This document shows positions 1-13,386 of a stretch of 64,000 nt of DNA, piece by piece. A program made the position numbers and the translations under genes. The notes beneath the pieces were generated by a model. That model saw only the letters and a list, made by a program, of their open reading frames with translations. It made no database searches and was not told the DNA's origin. Numbering within the stretch: position 1 is the first letter of the stretch; every line of letters begins with the position of its first letter. Where the stretch lies: contig NIVC01000143.1 of assembly GCA_002269645.1 (NCBI GenBank), forward strand, positions 657,153-721,152, given 5' to 3'. This DNA is from Macrostomum lignano (lineage: Eukaryota).

Positions 1-389
1 GTGACGTCATTGACACAGTTGGACGGCAGACAGTCTGGAACAGCTGGAAAATCGCATTCGCTACTGCTTCCGCCAGGTGGATCTGCACTGTGTACAGGAG
101 ATGATGACCAATGTCAAAAGTCCCGGATTCGCCGAGTTCGGGCTAATGGTGTCGGAGCCGTTTGGCAATGAGCCAGATAATCCCTTATACATTATACATT
201 GTATATTGAACTAAATCCAAGTTAAAAGACATGCGTTTAATTTGTTAATTGTTGTCTTACTAAAACAAATAAAAATGTCCAGATTTTTACCATATCATCC
301 AGTATACCACATATAAGTGCAGCAAAAAAGGCTCAGATATCATGTTACGGTAATATTATTTAATAAAACAGTTATATTTGCAACGTTTG

Positions 390-392
<3 letters not shown>

Positions 393-424
<32 letters not shown>

Positions 425-946
425 CAACAACAAAATACGCTGTCAGGATGGCAAAAGTCAGCGTCACAGGGCGCGCTTCATGGCTTGGGCGCGAACAAAG
501 GCCGCGCCACCGGCAGTGTCCGGGGCGCCGGCGTCAGCCAGCAGACAGTCGATGTAACGCCGAGTTCGCGCTTGACCTCGCCGGTAGGGTGCCTGCAGCG
601 TGAGCAGCAGCACCTCCTGCACCGGCTGTGGGCAGTACGACTCGGTGCGGATGAGATGGCCTGCGAGCTGGAGTCGCCGACGGCGCAGTAGATCGCTTGG
701 ACGTGGCAGGCCAGCGCGGCGATAAAGTGCCGCGTTGGTGACTCGCTCGACGCCGATGTTGAAGGCGGCGCGCAGCAGGCCAGCGTGCGCCGCATCGACT
801 TGCTGTTCGAGTGAGTCCGTCAGCGTCCAGGTCTCGGCGTTGTACAGCAGGACGGTCTCGATTACCGCCTGGAACAGCGCCGCCCTCTTGCGGTCCGGTA
901 GGGCCTCGGACTGCAGGACTGCCCTCACAGAACGAAAGGCTCACAG
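393..946 (-). mobile_element. 5'-truncated RTE-like non-LTR retrotransposon (C-terminal end of RT ORF, short 3'UTR, (TTG)n tail)
   Basis: ORF 464-928 has the post-RT motifs VLLYNAETW, LYRRAGL and RRRLQLAGH. (AAC)n at 393-433 is a (TTG)n tail on the minus strand. 11-bp TSD AACGTTTGAAA at 382-392 and 947-957. Confidence 0.85.
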
Positions 947-1827
947 AACGTTTGAAAAGATAATTTAAAATTTAGCTAAGCCTACGTGCGTTACCTAAAT
1001 GATTTTTGCGTGTATTTACATTTTTGTGTAAGTTAAGAATATTTGGGATATATTTGCATCAGGCGTCACTCTAGCTCAAGACCTGCAGATAAACTTTTAC
1101 GTACGATTACAGCTCGAACAACATTTACATGGTTCGAGAATACACCTTGAAAGATAACTATTCCTAATCCAAAAGGGATGGATGTTTACTAGTAGCTCTT
1201 GTATGTATCCTTACTAGATGTGTTGGATTTCCATGCATCCTCCAAATATTTGTACTTTCTGTATTGCAACACAGCCTCGTACTTTTCAGTTAGCAGACTC
1301 CCTAATAAGAGTTAAAAACGGAATTAAGGAGAATTAGAGAGCTCCGACATGACCAGAGCCCACTAGAAAAATGAGCGATCGGTGAGGGAGAGAATTAGCT
1401 AGTGCAAACAGACGCCAGCAAAAGCTGACAAGACGCGCCCCTGCCCCGCCCCCTATCATTTTAGCCAGCCAGAGCGACCTGGAAAAGAAATTAAAGCCAG
1501 AACTGGGTCAGAGGGCCCGAAAAAAGCCACGGATGAAAAGCAGGTCTGGACAAGCGAGAATTGCCTGATTGCAAGTTGCCATAGACAACTTGCAATCTGC
1601 GTGCAATGATGCTAAACTTGGAAGTAGCAATCGTTCTATGGTCGAAATTGTCGCCTTAATTTACTCGTATGGTACAAAGCATCATGCGTGAGATACAGAA
1701 GTTTTTCTTTCATTATTTAAAAAAGCTGCACTTTCTCAGTCAGATCTAAGCTTTGAAACATCGAATCACTCGTACCCATTCTTTCTGTAACATACGAAAC
1801 GAACTCATAACTTTCACAAAGTCGAAA

Positions 1828-2653
1828 ATGCGAGCCCGACTCCGCACGGTGACCGGTGCCGCCCAGGAGGTGGCTGGCATCACGAGAACCCACGGCTTGC
1901 TGCACATCTTCCTGTCCAGAGGCACAGCTCGACGGCTCTTCTGGCTGCTTCTGTTCGTAGCTGCCCTGATCGGCTGCACCGTCCACCTGGCCAAGTTGGT
2001 GCAGAAGTTCACCGAGCACTCCGTTGAGTCGCAGCTGAAGCTGAGGAGCGAACGAGCCCAGTTTCCCGACGTCACAATTTGCAACTTCAAGCCCGCTTCT
2101 GCTAGCTTAAAAAGGTTGAAGCTTTATCACGACTACCTGAATGAATCTTGGGGCAACTTCGACAACTGGTTCCAGGAGGACACCAAGAAGCGCCCTCATG
2201 AATCGGCTGAAAGCTACGAAAACCGACTTGAGAAGGTGTGTAAGAAGCTCCTGGACGTGATGTGGGTGTCGGGCGACACCAGAGACATCTCCCACCTCGA
2301 TAAGACCATGCTGCTGAGCTGCCGCTACAACAGCGAGCCCTGCAGTCACAAGAACTTCTCGCTTGTCCAGACCAGCCGGTTCTGGAGCTGCTACACGTTC
2401 CACCCGGACCCGGGGCAGTCGTCCAGCGGTTCTGGGGGCAGAGGAGCCGAGCTGAACATGGTGCTCTTCACCGATGGCTACACTGGGGCTTCTGTCCATT
2501 ATAGTGAATTCTTACATTCCGATTCTGTGGGAGTCTGCAACAAGCGACTAATTTTGGGTCAGGCTGCGACGAACACCTTGCTGGGAGGCAGTGATCCTCA
2601 GTCGACTGGACTGCGAGTTTTTATTCACGCGGCGAGCAGCTACCCCATGAGCC
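1828..2653 (+). CDS. DEG/ENaC (ASIC/FaNaC-like) sodium channel subunit, exon 1 of 3
   Basis: ATG at 1828. Pre-TM1 THG motif, hydrophobic TM1 (LFWLLLFVAALIGC), FPDVTICN and CYTF motifs. Donor GTACGT at 2654, phase 1. Confidence 0.9.
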
Positions 2654-2760
2654 GTACGTATCATTTCATTGAGGTCTTATCTGAGTTATATTCATTTGAG
2701 CATTTATGAAAAAATAGTTACAAGATCACGGACACATGAAAACCCCATGCAAAACTGCAG

Positions 2761-3602
2761 AGACCGAGTTCGTGGACGTGGCCTCAGCCAGCAGCACCTC
2801 CATCAAACTCAGGCCGATCCACAACCGACTCAAGTCGACGCCGAGCCGCAGATGCTCCGAGCCTCCAATCGAAACCATCAACTATGTCAGGCACTTCTCC
2901 AACGCCTCGCTGAACGTGGTCACTAAGGCCTACTCAAAGTCCGTCTCCGATTTCGTAGTCGAGGCACAGCAGAGCATCCTGCACAGCAACTGCGGCTGCT
3001 ACTCGCACCTGCTCCCGTTCTCGGTAAATACGAGCGACCTTTGCTACTTCGCTCCACCGCAGGAGTGGATCACCCCATCGGATGCTGTGCTGAAGAGAAT
3101 TGACTGCCATGATCACTGGTTTCAGCACGCAAAGAGGAAAAGCGAGGAGCTAACGAAGGAATTCCAGCACCGGATGTGGTGCCAGTTCACTCAGCAACGG
3201 CCTTGGCAGCAGAGCCGCGGGTGGCCCCCGTTCAGCGCCGTTCAAGAGATCTGGGAGAACCTGATGGTGCCGCAAGTGAGACATGGAGTCGAGTTCCTGC
3301 CCGAGGATGGCAAAGAGCATCACATATTCAGGAATATGAATCAATCTCGACAATTTTATCAATTTAATGTATTTCTTACGCAAGACGATAACTGCTTAAG
3401 CTTCTTCTGCAGAAATTCCTCTATAAAATATTACGAATGCAATTCTTCACTGATGCTGCAGCATTTGGAGAATGCATCCTACTGCATCTATCAAAAAAGT
3501 TTGGCTCGCAGCCTGGCATCAGTCAGCATCAGCTTGCAGAGCCCGGCAGCTGACGTTTACGAAGAGAAGGCCGGCTACCACTGGACTGAAACTCTGTCCG
3601 AG
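2761..3602 (+). CDS. DEG/ENaC channel, exon 2 (Cys-rich extracellular region)
   Basis: Acceptor CTGCAG ends at 2760 and phase 1 joins to YPMSQTEFVDV. Exon ends YHWTETLSE with donor GTGAGG at 3603. Confidence 0.85.
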
Positions 3603-3801
3603 GTGAGGCATTTCACACATTGGCCTTAGAAATGCGGAGAGTGTTGCCACCTGTCAACATTCGAGTTGAAAAAGTTATTTTTGAATCCTGTTTTAGAATT
3701 TGATCAGGAACTTTTTTCAGCAGCATTTTCGGTTGGATTGAAGAATGTTCTCAAAGTTTTGCACGTTTGATTCATTATTCGATCGGTTTGAAATCCCGCA
3801 G

Positions 3802-3936
3802 GTCGGAGGAACTCTGGGGCTCTGGCTGGGAATCAGCGTTGTCAGCACGTTCGAGCTGCTCGAGTTTTTCTACATCCTGGCTAAGCGCTGCCGCGGAGGA
3901 ACGACCGGCTCCGAGTCCGAGGGGTCTCGAGACTGA
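3802..3936 (+). CDS. DEG/ENaC channel, exon 3 (TM2 and selectivity filter)
   Basis: Acceptor CCGCAG ends at 3801. VGGTLGLWLGISVVSTFELLE is the family TM2 signature with a GIS filter. Spliced CDS is 826+842+135=1803 nt (600 aa). Confidence 0.9.
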   Translation, partial: VGGTLGLWLGISVVSTFELLEFFYILAKRCRGGTTGSESEGSRD

Positions 3937-5010
3937 CCGAGAATGATTGTGGAAGTACAATAAAACAACTGTAAAATGGTCAAGAAACTGCCAATGAGCA
4001 TTGCCATTTGTTTGGTGCTTTTCATAGGGGAACCCAGTCGCTGTATTGTTTTTTTAAAATCTTATTTGCGAAAGTAAAAAAAGAATATTGAAGCTTCGAT
4101 GTCTACTTGATGATTTGTTTTATTTTCAGTATTAGCTGTTTGAGTATATATAATTTTGCTGGCCTTGTTTTTTTATTTGAAGCTGTAATCAAACCCAATC
4201 AAACTAAATTCAGCATTCATTGTTAACAAAAATAAGAAGAATGCTTTTCACTGGCAACTTAATTAGCTAATTGCTTTTAGTAGCACAATGCATTGCGAGA
4301 TAAGAATTCCTTAATCACGAGCGCATTTACGTGCCCAAAGTTGATGCCAAAAATAGACAAGAAATAAAACAAAATTGTATGATGACGGAACAGAGAACCG
4401 ATGGACACACTCGAGTATAGCTATACAGATTTAAGCCGTGCCTTTCTGGTTAAATAGTCGGGTCGCTTTCACGAGACCGAAACTACATTAGACCGAATTT
4501 CACATCGCAGAAAACTTATTATAGCAGGGACCATGCAGAATTTTTGATTGTGTGAAACTTCGGTCTTATAAAGTACCCTGAAGTAGCCCGAGTGATCATT
4601 GCACTTTTCTTTCTCTTCAAGGCATACAGAAATTTGATAATGCAATAGTGCATTTCCAGTTGGCAGGTTTTTTCTTATTTTATTCGGGAATCCGGTTTCA
4701 AGTGCATGTTTTAAATTGAAAAAAGAGCTAGCTGTCCTCACTGTGGATTCTCTAGCACTATAGTAAGTAGGTTTTAGCCATAGACGATTATTTCACAGAT
4801 AGGTAAAGAGCCTACAGGGAGTTTTTTTAGCTCCCATTTGGCTTATTGTCATCATCTCTCCCGTTCCAGTCTGCTGGCCGCTTCGTGCCATAGACAAAAT
4901 AAGTCCTTTACTGTCATGTCAAGACTAACCAAGTTTAAAAAGAAAGTAGCATATCGATTTAGCTCTTTTAGTTGAGTTTTGTTTAGATTATTTGAATATG
5001 TTGTTGAGTT

Positions 5011-5333
5011 GTGCTGGAGCTTCTTCGCCAGCTCCTGGCTTCGCGTCTCTCTGCGTGCTCAAACCAGGTGTCGTGGCAGCTGATTCTTTTCAGCACAACA
5101 CCCGATGGTGTTATCCAGTCCTGCGGTGGTGCAAAGTAGCACAGTTCGCTCGTGTTCACTGAAAACCGGAGGAGGTGCGAGTAGCATGCAGTCTTAGTCC
5201 TTTGGCAGCAACATTCAATGAGGCGTTCAAGAAGTACCTGACGCAGCCTACAGTCTCTATTGGAGGTTTGGAGCACCGGTGTCGACATGAGCTTAAGCTG
5301 CTGGCCGATGCCACGTCCACGAATCTGTCTCTG
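5011..5333 (-). pseudogene. Inverted decayed partial duplicate of DEG/ENaC exon 2
   Basis: Translates to FVDVASASS, CSKPPIET, CYSHLLRFSVNTSELCYFAPPQDWITPS, matching exon 2, with frameshifts and internal deletions. The acceptor CAG is retained at the same position. Confidence 0.85.
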
Positions 5334-6116
5334 TCATTTAGACAGACGTACGATTTTGTGAACTTTGCGGTAAAATTGTGTGCATAGATTAGAGTTACCA
5401 GGTACCTAGCAAGCATTTTAATGACTGCTATTATTAATATATCATCTCAAAAGCTTTCATCAGATCAAAAGCCCACTGGATTAAATATAAGAAAAGAGTA
5501 ACTATCCCAGTTTTTATCGTTTTGCTCTTTTATAACAAAGAAAACTGTTACGCGACGCACGAGTTCGATAATATTATTCGAATTAAAACAAAGTTTTGGT
5601 CACTACAAGTAAAACCGATCAATTTTTATTCGAGCAGAAAATGTCTATATTATAGTATGCTACCTCGTAATATGGTTTTGCAAAGCAGCTTTGAATTAGA
5701 AACTAAAAACTTTCCATAAAAGGCTAGAATTTGAGCATTGCATTTGAAAACTCATTCTTTATTGTAGAAAAATTTTCAAACCATTCAACCCTGTAGTGAA
5801 GGTCTCAGCTATAGGCCGCTTGCCTATAGGTAGCTGCATGGCCTTTGCTTTTCAAAATTGAACTTTGAAACTTCTATTCGTAGCCCACTGCATACCATCG
5901 CTAACATGGCCTCGTGGAGGCTAAGTAGAGCAGCTCTTGACCCTAACGATCTCTGCCCACGTAGGTGTCAATCTCGCATGCCTTTTTCTGTACACAGTTC
6001 TGCCCCTAAAATTTGAGCAAATTTTTCGCTAATTTAGCTTAGCTTATTCAATATGGCCAAAAAATAAAGCCTAAATTTTGTTGTGTCTTGTTCTTTTAAA
6101 AGTTGTTTGCTGGATA

Positions 6117-7070
<954 letters not shown>

Positions 7071-8073
7071 TTGTATCGGCATTCATCTAGTAAGAGTATG
7101 ACACCAAATTTCTGTCTATAATATGTATATCAAGGCAGATCCAGGCGGTGCCACATTCAATCCGGCTTTTGTGCGCAGTAAACAGTGACCGAAGAGGTGC
7201 AAAAAGGGTCTACCCTCAAATAAAAAACGCCATTTTTCACCTTTGGTGGCGCCGATTTCAAATCCGACGAAGCAGGAATTTAGGGGTCAATTTATCGGAG
7301 CCCAAGAGGCATGATGAGTATATATAGTTCAGCCAGGTGCGCAGTGACTGTGAAATTGGGCAGGTACCTGATCGCAGTTTTACACTCACCTCTGCTACGG
7401 AGTTTCCAAAGTTAGCTCCCCCCAGGCAATTTTGCCTTAAAATTGGATATGCCACCCATATAGATGGTAAACAATATTCCTGGGTCTGGTTTAGGTGGCA
7501 TTTATTAATTCAAAGGTAAGTGCAGTGGAGTTAATAAACACACTTGACTTGAGCTGAAGTGACTTTCTACACGTTGCTTATCTCTATTTATTCTAGCACA
7601 GAAAAGCATTAAAACGCAATATTTTATGATTATTTTTTCATAGACGCGTTCACTGATGAGCTGCTACCCCCTCCAGTTCCTGAGACCTTCCTATTAGTAG
7701 CAAAATTTAACTTAAAAACTCAATCCGTGGACGGAATTCAGAGAAACAAATGCAAGACAGACAGACTCCTGTTGAGCAGGGCCAAGCCAGTGCATGTGAG
7801 CTTAGTCCTGCCCTCAATAATTTATTTGTGTCGCATTACTTTTCTGAGCTGGGTTAGTTTTAAAACAGGAAACTCTCGTCAATTGTGGAGCCAGATAAGA
7901 ATCTCAATGCTGAGTTGAGTTTACTTGCAGCTTTACAGCCGGCTCATATAGATAAGGTACAGCTGTAAACTGCTCAAAATGCTGACTGTACATGTAATTC
8001 TGCAGATATTCCTTCAAGCCGGTTGTGGTTGATTTAAACAAATGTTTTACTTACGTAGTACATCAATATTTTA

Positions 8074-8773
<700 letters not shown>

Positions 8774-9139
8774 GGTGGATCAGATAAAAATAGTAATACT
8801 ATAATGCTATATTGGTTGCAGACAAATTTTTCACCAAGATGTGTTTGTCAACACCTGGTGCCGAAAAAGCAGGACAAGTGTATTTTAACCATGTCTACGG
8901 TTCGCTACTTGAATAAGGGATGAAGCTTGACTGGTTGATAAAATGCAGGGAAGTCGGCAATTTTAGTGAGTCTGCAGTGATTTGAGTCCAGCTTTAGTTA
9001 TAAATCTAATGTTGCAATTGCCCAGCTAGCACTGGAAATCAAAGCGACAAGGATCAATCGATAAAAATGGCTGTACAAGCGACTATATGCAATTTGGTGT
9101 AAAAGTTCTCCCGACTACTTCGGGGGTCATTCGAGGTCA

Positions 9140-11476
9140 TCAACGACTGGCCGCTTCGTCCCGCGTTCCGGTGAGCTGGTGAAACCGCTGCTCGTCCAGG
9201 CGCTGGCTTTTGTCCGACTGGCGAAGTCGGAGGAAAGCGGCGCCCCCCAGGAACTCGACCAGAGTTTTGCACAGGCCCAGCCTCGAAGCCGACCTGGCGA
9301 CGTCATGCGGCTGCGGCACCAGCAGCAACTCGTGGGGCGGCCGGGCCAGCCTCACCTGCACGCTGAGCAGCTCCCAGTTGATGGTCCACGAGCAAATCTC
9401 TTCCAGTCGCCAAGCGCCAATCACCTGGCCTGTCGACGAATCCAGACGCATCAGCCGATTTGACGCCACGCCAATCAACTCGACTTTGCCAGCAGTTTTC
9501 TCTCGTTTGAAGTCACTGAAGCTCACCACTGCCGGCCTCTCTGGCTGCGGTCCTACCGTGCATTGGACCAGGAAGTGGGCCACTCCGTACATCGGCAAGC
9601 GTTGGCAGATGCGGATGTAGTCCAGTTTTGCGTCCAGCAAACCTCTGTCGCGCACGTTGTCCAACCGGATCAGAATCTGCTCGCGCAGCCAGCTCTGCTT
9701 TCGGGCTTTCAGATGACGCTGGGCCAAGAAGTTCTCCGGATCGAAATCGATTGAAGGCTGGCCGTTTCTTTCTCGACTTCGCTGCTGCGGCTTCGGAGTT
9801 TGCAGCTCCATCTGGGCCAGCGTGGCGGATAACTCAGCCTCGAAGGCCGACCTGCTAGCTAGAGTTTTGCCGCTAGCCACCAGGGTTATGCCCGCGATCC
9901 ACTCGGCGTACTGATCTTTACCTTCGCAGCGTAGTAGGAGCTCCTGCATCGGGGCATCCAGTTCTTGACTGCCGGCGTCGCTAACAAACAAGTGAATGCC
10001 GAACTTCTGAGTAGTTGTGCTCACGTTAGCGTTCACCTCGGCGCTTCTTAGATTAAAGACTTCTTCTAGACGATTCCTGGCCTGATCAGAGTACATTTCC
10101 AGCGTTGTCTCGCCCAGAACAAAGTACTTCCGACGGTAGCCGCGTAGAGTGCTCTTTCGGGGCTTTAAGAACTTCAGGTAGCCAGCTAGTTCGGGCATTT
10201 TGTCCAGACTCTGCTGCTGCTTCACCGGTTTAGACTTCTCCGGCTGTTCTTCAGGCACTGAGCTCAGTCTAGCGGGCGAAGCCAGGGTGAGAAAGTTGTC
10301 GGACATCAGCGAGGCTTCGAGTTCAGCGAGGGCGGCGTCGATTTCATCGTCATTGGAGCCGCTAGCATCGACACTTGGCGAAGCCTGTTTCGCTTTGCTG
10401 TCAGCTTCGTCCAGCAAGACGCTACCGCTTTTCGAAACGGGCGACTCGGCATGCGGCGATGCTGGCAGATCTGCCTGCAGGTAAATTTGAAGCTGAAGGG
10501 CAGCTAGAAGCAGGGCTTCTTCTTCGGTGCTCTCCAGTTCCTCAGATAGCAGCGACCATTTAGTCTGCTCGTAGATCTGGTTGATTCTCACCGAGTCGTA
10601 CTTCACATTTAAATCGTAGAAGACGTGAAACTTGTAGCGCAACTGCAGCGAGTTGAGCTCGTTGGAGTTCGGCCGGACGCCCTGTTCCATCAGGGAGCGA
10701 GACGAGTCGAACCAGGCCTCGCTGGCAGCGGAAAGATTGGCCAGAGATTTTGACCGAATGACGCCTTTTTCGAGCAGAGCAGTTTGCAGCGGTATCCAAG
10801 GACTGTTGGCCAAGCTTGCCAGCTCGTCTCTCTGGAACCGCAGAGAGTTGAACGATGTTGGCGAGGCTTCGGGCGGGCCCAGGGAGCTGGGTGTCCGCGG
10901 AGACGAGCTGGTCCGACTTGTTTCGCTGAACTGGCGCGGCATAAGCGGATTAAAGTTGCCACTCCCGCTGCCGCCGTTCGACAGTTCCGGTTTGTCCGCC
11001 GACTTCCGGTTGGATCGTCGGAAGCTGCCGAATCGACTGCCGAGGGTGCCGTTGGATCCGGCAGAGCTTGCCATCAACAGATGCAGCGGACGCCGCAGCG
11101 ACAGCTCTTCTGGGTGCCGGATGCCGAGCTCGCGGCACAGTCCGACTACGACGCCGAACACTGATTGAGAATAGTTTATTGTCATCTCGAGCTCCTGGAG
11201 GTCGGGCAGCTGCACCTTGGTCACATTGTGCATCCGGTGGAACTCCAGTCTGGAATCCGACTGCACGCCGATTTGATCCAAAGTTCGACGCGTCTTCAGC
11301 AGCCAGCGATTTTCGTCTGGCCACCAGATCGCGTGGTCGGACCAGTCCATGCGAACCTCGATACTCTCGATCAGCTTCAGCATGACGCCGCCGAGGTGCG
11401 TGTCGCCGCGGACTCGAATCCGCCGGTTTAGTTGCAGATCCTCGACAAGGATGCAGAGCTCCCAGCCTTCTTCCAT
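9140..11476 (-). CDS. unc-112: Kindlin (fermitin family, FERM domain with inserted PH domain), single exon
   Basis: First ATG at 11476. F0 motifs (WELCILV, GGVMLKL, DWSDHAIWWP, WLLKTRRTLDQ), RHPEELSL, LRYKF..YDLNVKYDSVRINQIYEQ, EIDAALAELE, PH start PELAGYLK, F3 W..NWE and C-terminal LDE.RFHQLTG. Confidence 0.95.
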   Translation of the reverse strand: MEEGWELCILVEDLQLNRRIRVRGDTHLGGVMLKLIESIEVRMDWSDHAIWWPDENRWLLKTRRTLDQIGVQSDSRLEFHRMHNVTKVQLPDLQELEMTINYSQSVFGVVVGLCRELGIRHPEELSLRRPLHLLMASSAGSNGTLGSRFGSFRRSNRKSADKPELSNGGSGSGNFNPLMPRQFSETSRTSSSPRTPSSLGPPEASPTSFNSLRFQRDELASLANSPWIPLQTALLEKGVIRSKSLANLSAASEAWFDSSRSLMEQGVRPNSNELNSLQLRYKFHVFYDLNVKYDSVRINQIYEQTKWSLLSEELESTEEEALLLAALQLQIYLQADLPASPHAESPVSKSGSVLLDEADSKAKQASPSVDASGSNDDEIDAALAELEASLMSDNFLTLASPARLSSVPEEQPEKSKPVKQQQSLDKMPELAGYLKFLKPRKSTLRGYRRKYFVLGETTLEMYSDQARNRLEEVFNLRSAEVNANVSTTTQKFGIHLFVSDAGSQELDAPMQELLLRCEGKDQYAEWIAGITLVASGKTLASRSAFEAELSATLAQMELQTPKPQQRSRERNGQPSIDFDPENFLAQRHLKARKQSWLREQILIRLDNVRDRGLLDAKLDYIRICQRLPMYGVAHFLVQCTVGPQPERPAVVSFSDFKREKTAGKVELIGVASNRLMRLDSSTGQVIGAWRLEEICSWTINWELLSVQVRLARPPHELLLVPQPHDVARSASRLGLCKTLVEFLGGAAFLRLRQSDKSQRLDEQRFHQLTGTRDEAASR

Positions 11477-12216
11477 TGCCAATGGTGTAACAATAGTTCT
11501 TCCTTTGACTCAAGTTGAGAAGACCAGCGCTTTTATCAAACCTTAGAGTTTCATGCCAGTACGTGAGCTTATTATTGACGTTAAACGCGAGGTGCCTTTT
11601 GTATTAGAATTCCTTTAATGGCTTTATGCTAATAGCCACTCTGAGCAGTTGCCCTTCAACTCCGAGCAGACCTTTATATTGCGAAACAAAACAATGAATG
11701 GAGCAGCGCGTGGGCAGCTGACTGGTTTGCTAGCCAAATAAATACGATTCTTCTGCCCTGGTACTAAAGCAAGACGAGTCTATTGCCACTCTCCTTTCTG
11801 CTCTCCCCGTCTATATCTGTTCTGTCGCAAAAGCTATTCACCTCCATTGCATTGCTGCCCAAAATGTGCGCTCTGCGGAGACCGCGGAGCGGCCCAAGTG
11901 CGCAGTGGAAACACAAACTAACCAATCCCAGAGGCTCTTGACACTTTTTTATCTCGCCCTGCCTGTCTGCTTCTCTCTTCTATGGTTTCCACTGGCCAGT
12001 GTGTCGGGTCTCTTATTAGTCTCGATATATTTGGCGTCAATCCCGAGTCACTTCATGGGCGGCTTGCGTTCGATTGTATAATTTTTGCAACGAATCTCTG
12101 AAAAGCAGCTCGTGTCGTAAAAAACGTGGCCAATATTTTTAACCCACAAAATGCGCTCGTAGATTTGCATGTATAAAAAAACTGTACCATCGATAAGTGA
12201 TGATATACGCTCGTAC

Positions 12217-13386
12217 GGGTCGCCATCACAAGCTCGAAAAATCACATCGTCGAAACAGGGCTCCATCACAAGCTCGAAAAGTCATAAGCTCGAAAAGTCA
12301 CATCGTCGAAAACTGATTTAGCAACCACCATCACAAGCTCGAAAACTCACATCGTCGAAAAGTTTAGCAACCACCATCACAAGCTCGAAAAATCACATCG
12401 TCGAAACAGGGCTCCATCACAAGCTCGAAAAGCCATAAGCTCGAAAAGTCACATCGTCGAAAACTGATTTAGCAACCACCATCACAAGCTCGAAAACTCA
12501 CATCGTCGAAAAGTTTAGCAACCACCATCACAAGCTCGAAAACTCACAAGCTCGAAAAATCACATCGTCGAAAACTGATTTAGCAGCCGACATCACAAGC
12601 TCGAAAAGTCATAAGCTCGAAAAATCATATCGTCCAAGAGTTTAGCAACCACCATCACAAGCTCGAAAAGTCACAAGCTCGAAAAATCACATCGTTGAAA
12701 ACTGATTTAGCAGCCACCATCACAAGCTCGAAAAGTCATAAGCTCGAAAAATCATATCGTCGAAAAGTTTATCAAACATCATCACAAGCTCGAAAAGGCA
12801 CAAGCTCTAACCCTAACCCTAACCCCAAGGCACTAACCCTAACCCTAAGGCACCAGTACCCTAGCCTAACCCTGAACCATAACCCTAACCCCAACCCTAA
12901 CCTAACCCTAAACCCTAACTTAAAGGCACTAGTTCTAACCCCGACCCTAACCATAAACCCTAACCCTAAGGCACAAGTTCAACCCCAACCCTAAACTTAA
13001 CCCTAAGCCCTAACCCTAAGGCACAAGCTCTAAACCCTAACCCTATTCAAGCTTGTGATGGTGGTTGCTAACCTTTTCGACGAGGTGATTTTTCGAGCTT
13101 ATGACTTTTGGAGCTTGTGATGGTGGCTGCTAAATCAGTTTTCGACGATGTGAGTTTTCGAGCTTGTGAGTTTTCGAGCTTGTGAGTTTTCGAGCTTGTG
13201 ATGGTGGTTGCTAAATCAGTTTTCGACGATGTGAGTTTTCGAGCTTGTGAGTTTTCGAGCTTGTAATGGTGGTTGCTAAACTTTTCGACGATATGATTTT
13301 TCGAGCTTATGACTTTTCGAGCTTGTGATGGTGGCTGCTAAATCAGTTTTCAACGATGTGATTTTTCGAGCTTGTGATGGGCCCCC
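12217..13386. mobile_element. Non-autonomous foldback/MULE-like TIR element with tandemly repetitive arms and a telomere-like core
   Basis: Left end GGGTCGCCATCACAAGCTCGAAAA; the right end reverse-complements to GGGGGCCCATCACAAGCTCGAAAA. TSD (C)GCTCGTAC (8-9 bp) at 12208-12216 and 13386-13394. Arms are inverted arrays of ACAAGCTCGAAAA/CATCGTCGAA modules. Confidence 0.85.
12807..13044 (-). repeat. Degenerate (TTAGGG)n telomere-like tract inside the foldback element
   Basis: Many CCCTAA/TAACCC units on the + strand, interspersed with AAGGCAC(AAGCT) motifs. Confidence 0.85.

Noticed and set aside
1753-1827. N-terminal extensions from TTG/GTG starts in the ORF track (also 16505, 20266, 26729, 42953)
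   Set aside because: In this eukaryotic context, downstream ATGs give better signal-peptide or domain starts.
7133-7456. Harbinger-like MITE (GGCAGATCCA...TGGATATGCC)
   Set aside because: Only a 9/10 short inverted match and no TSD.
7650-7700. Hammerhead ribozyme (CTGATGAG)
   Set aside because: No GAAA core or closing stems at suitable spacing.
9179-11513. Alternative-frame and antisense ORFs over kindlin (likewise over the GT, secreted and alpha2delta genes)
   Set aside because: Shadow ORFs of GC-rich coding DNA with no recognisable motifs.
12807-13044. True telomere or chromosome-fusion point
   Set aside because: The tract is short, degenerate, on one strand only, and enclosed by TIRs with a TSD.
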